Below are positions 60,816-64,000 of a stretch of DNA of 64,000 bases, piece by piece. Source of the stretch: the human T2T-CHM13v2.0 reference genome, Homo sapiens; assembly GCF_009914755.1 (NCBI RefSeq), contig NC_060937.1; one strand, written 5' to 3'. Both the position numbers and the translations under genes were made by a program. The notes below the pieces were generated by a model that was not told the origin of the DNA, did not search any database, and saw nothing but the letters and a program-made list of their open reading frames with translations. The stretch's first letter is position 1. Each line of letters opens with the position of its first letter.

Positions 60816-61036
60816 TAAGAAGTGAAATATTTCAAGGCGGGCACATCCACAAAACACCAGAAAAGGCAATGCTTTCACAGAGAAGACAAACCATCTTCTT
60901 TTCTCTCCTCGGTCAGAGACCATCTGATGCTCTAGACAGTGGCTGCAGTACTGGCAAGACAGGCAAGTCAAGGAGGTAACATGGACGAATTTGCACAACT
61001 TAGAAAAGACCTGTAGGTATAATGTTAAAAACATTC

Positions 61037-61528
<492 letters not shown>

Positions 61529-61632
61529 TAGTTCCTTATTCCGTCTGCAAAGGACGGTTCCTAGGGCTTAGCAAGGGGAATTTGAACTGTTAAAGGAAAA
61601 ACCTAAGCCTAAAGTATTAAACTATGGGGAAG

Positions 61633-62012
61633 GGCCAGGTGCAGTGGCTCACACCTGTAATCCTAGAACTTTGGGAGGCCGAGGCGGGCGGATTACCAGG
61701 GTGTGCCTATAATCCCAGCTACTCTGCAGGCTGCGGCAGGAGAATCGCTTGGATCCGGGAGGCAGAGGTTGCAGTTAGCAGGCCGTTAGGAAAGGTATTT
61801 GAGTCCTGTGACTTTCCACTATCCAGCAAATCACATCTGGTAGCTGTTATTCTCCTTATTAAACACAGATATCCATGTAGATAAGCATAATCTTCCCTTC
61901 ATGCTTTTCCTTTCCTTCATTCATTTCCTTCATTCAGAGCCGAGATCGTGCCACTGCACTCCAGGCTGGGTGGCAGAGCAAGACTCCGACTAAAAAAAAA
62001 TGAAAATAATAA
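61633..62012 (+). mobile_element. Alu with internal deletion and 161-bp non-Alu insertion
   Basis: TSD TAAACTATGGGGAAG on both sides; gttgcagt|insert|gagccgagatc. Confidence 0.9.
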
Positions 62013-63616
62013 TAAACTATGGGGAAGAATAAAGAAGGAATTGCCTACATTTAGAGGGAGGTAGAAGAACAAAAAGAGGAAAATATATAACTATTTTAAA
62101 ACCTTTTTAACATAAGTCTTTCAAATCCTAGAAACTTGGGACTTGTGTGAGGGGAGGACCCTTCTCTCACTCTGTTATACTTTCTGAATGTTTTCAAAAG
62201 CACTGTAGACACGGTGATGCTTAGAACTGGGGGAGGCCAGGCCTCCTGGAAGAAGTTTGCTGAGGGCCTGTGGATAGAGAAGCAGAAACAGGAACACAGC
62301 CTGGGGCAAACATCGTGCGGATGATGGGCATCTCAAACACTGGAAATAAATGAGGCTGCGGGAGCAAAATTGCTGGTTCCCCTGCTGAGCACACCTGCCC
62401 TGCTTGGAACAAGAGCAAAGATGTCTGGTGGGGGAGCCGATGTGAGATGGATGGATAGACAGGGCCCCCAGCCTGGGGGATGGGACCAGGGACCATTTGT
62501 GAGATAAACCCAGGTATTAGCCCAGGGCAGAGGCTCCCAGCTGACCTTAAAACAGAGGCAGCCCAGCTCCACCCAGCACTTCTTCAGCAGGCCTGGGCTG
62601 GGGGTCAGAGAACTCGCATTTCTAAGATGTTCTCAGACTGAGGGACCCAGTGGAAAAGCGTCCTGATTACTGGGTTATAAACACCTGAAGAGTTCTGAAA
62701 GAAATGGGCCACACCCTCAGGATCCAAAGTCTTAAAGGAAAGCTGAAGAGGTGTCCTGTGAGTTCAGGGGCACCCCGGTGAAGCCTGGGGCTTAGAAAGA
62801 AAAGAAGTGTTTATACCAGGAGAGCAGAGAGCAAGGAGCAGGGAGGGGCCAGGGCAGCCCCCAAACCGGAGCCCGAGGCCGGACCCTGCCTCTGACGAGG
62901 AGCATGCCCGGCCACCATGCTGACCCCTGCATCCTTCTTTCTTTGTCCCTTGAAGCCCCTCAAAGTCCTTCCTGAGACACATCCCCTCCCAAGGCACACC
63001 CTGGAGGGTCTCAAGACTTGAAAATCAGTCAAGAAGCAGGCAAGGAGTGAGCTGATCACTGTAGTTAAAGAGACGGCACCAAAGACATTGTACAAAAGAG
63101 GGCAGGAAGATGTCCATGTGTCTGCACCAGACCTTCTGCGCCAGTGAGGGATGCTGCAGGCAAAGGCAGGGCAGATGGCAAGAGGGTCCCTACCCAGCTG
63201 CAGCACCCGGCAATGCCCACCAGAGCCGACCCCCTGCCCGTGTTCTGTGAGTCCACGTCGTCTGCATCAGGGTGCTGATGGCAAAGCCTCCGGGTGTCCC
63301 TCCGTTGCAGGGTCTACTCCTGCAGTGTGGACAGCAGAGACGGAGGAAGTTCTCCCAAGTGCGGGGAGGTAGGCTCTGTGGGAAGCCCTTCACTCAAAGG
63401 CACACTCATGGTTTTGTTACCAGAGCAGCTGAAGAATTCAAAGTAGCTTCTGAGAACTCTAACTGTCTGGACCATGCTATAGTAAGGGCTAAGCTAACTT
63501 AAGAGCCATCCAAAAAAAAAAAAAAAAAAAAAGAAGTGAAAAGGTGATTGATGTCAGATGTAAACCCAAGAGGGTAACACAGCAATGCTGAGACATCCGA
63601 AACAACTTCCTATTAG

Positions 63617-64000
<384 letters not shown>

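Overview
Human (primate) genomic DNA, recognisable as the COL4A2/RAB20 locus (13q34). It holds the last intron, terminal exon and 3'UTR of COL4A2 (+ strand, NC1 C-terminus, stop 2629, AATAAA 3437). It also holds the complete, convergent two-exon RAB20 gene on the - strand (CDS 52124-51953 + 14632-14100 = 705 nt, 234 aa; ~37 kb intron; CpG-island promoter at ~51.7-52.8 kb). The rest is non-coding: ~35 Alu copies or fragments, L1/L2/MIR remnants, solo LTRs with intact TSDs (THE1B-like, LTR9-like, MER21-like, MLT1) and three GC-rich minisatellites, which explain almost all long ORFs in the track. I found no convincing undescribed gene system. The most notable unexplained signals are: a 227-bp ~92% direct duplication bracketing RAB20 exon 2; an m67-type STAT site on the RAB20 Kozak plus IRF/HRE motifs; a 161-bp foreign insert inside an Alu; an Alu with homogenised monomers; a collapsed head-to-tail Alu; and a polarised 48-bp intronic VNTR. 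Repeat subfamily names are from memory of consensus sequences and need RepeatMasker/Dfam confirmation.
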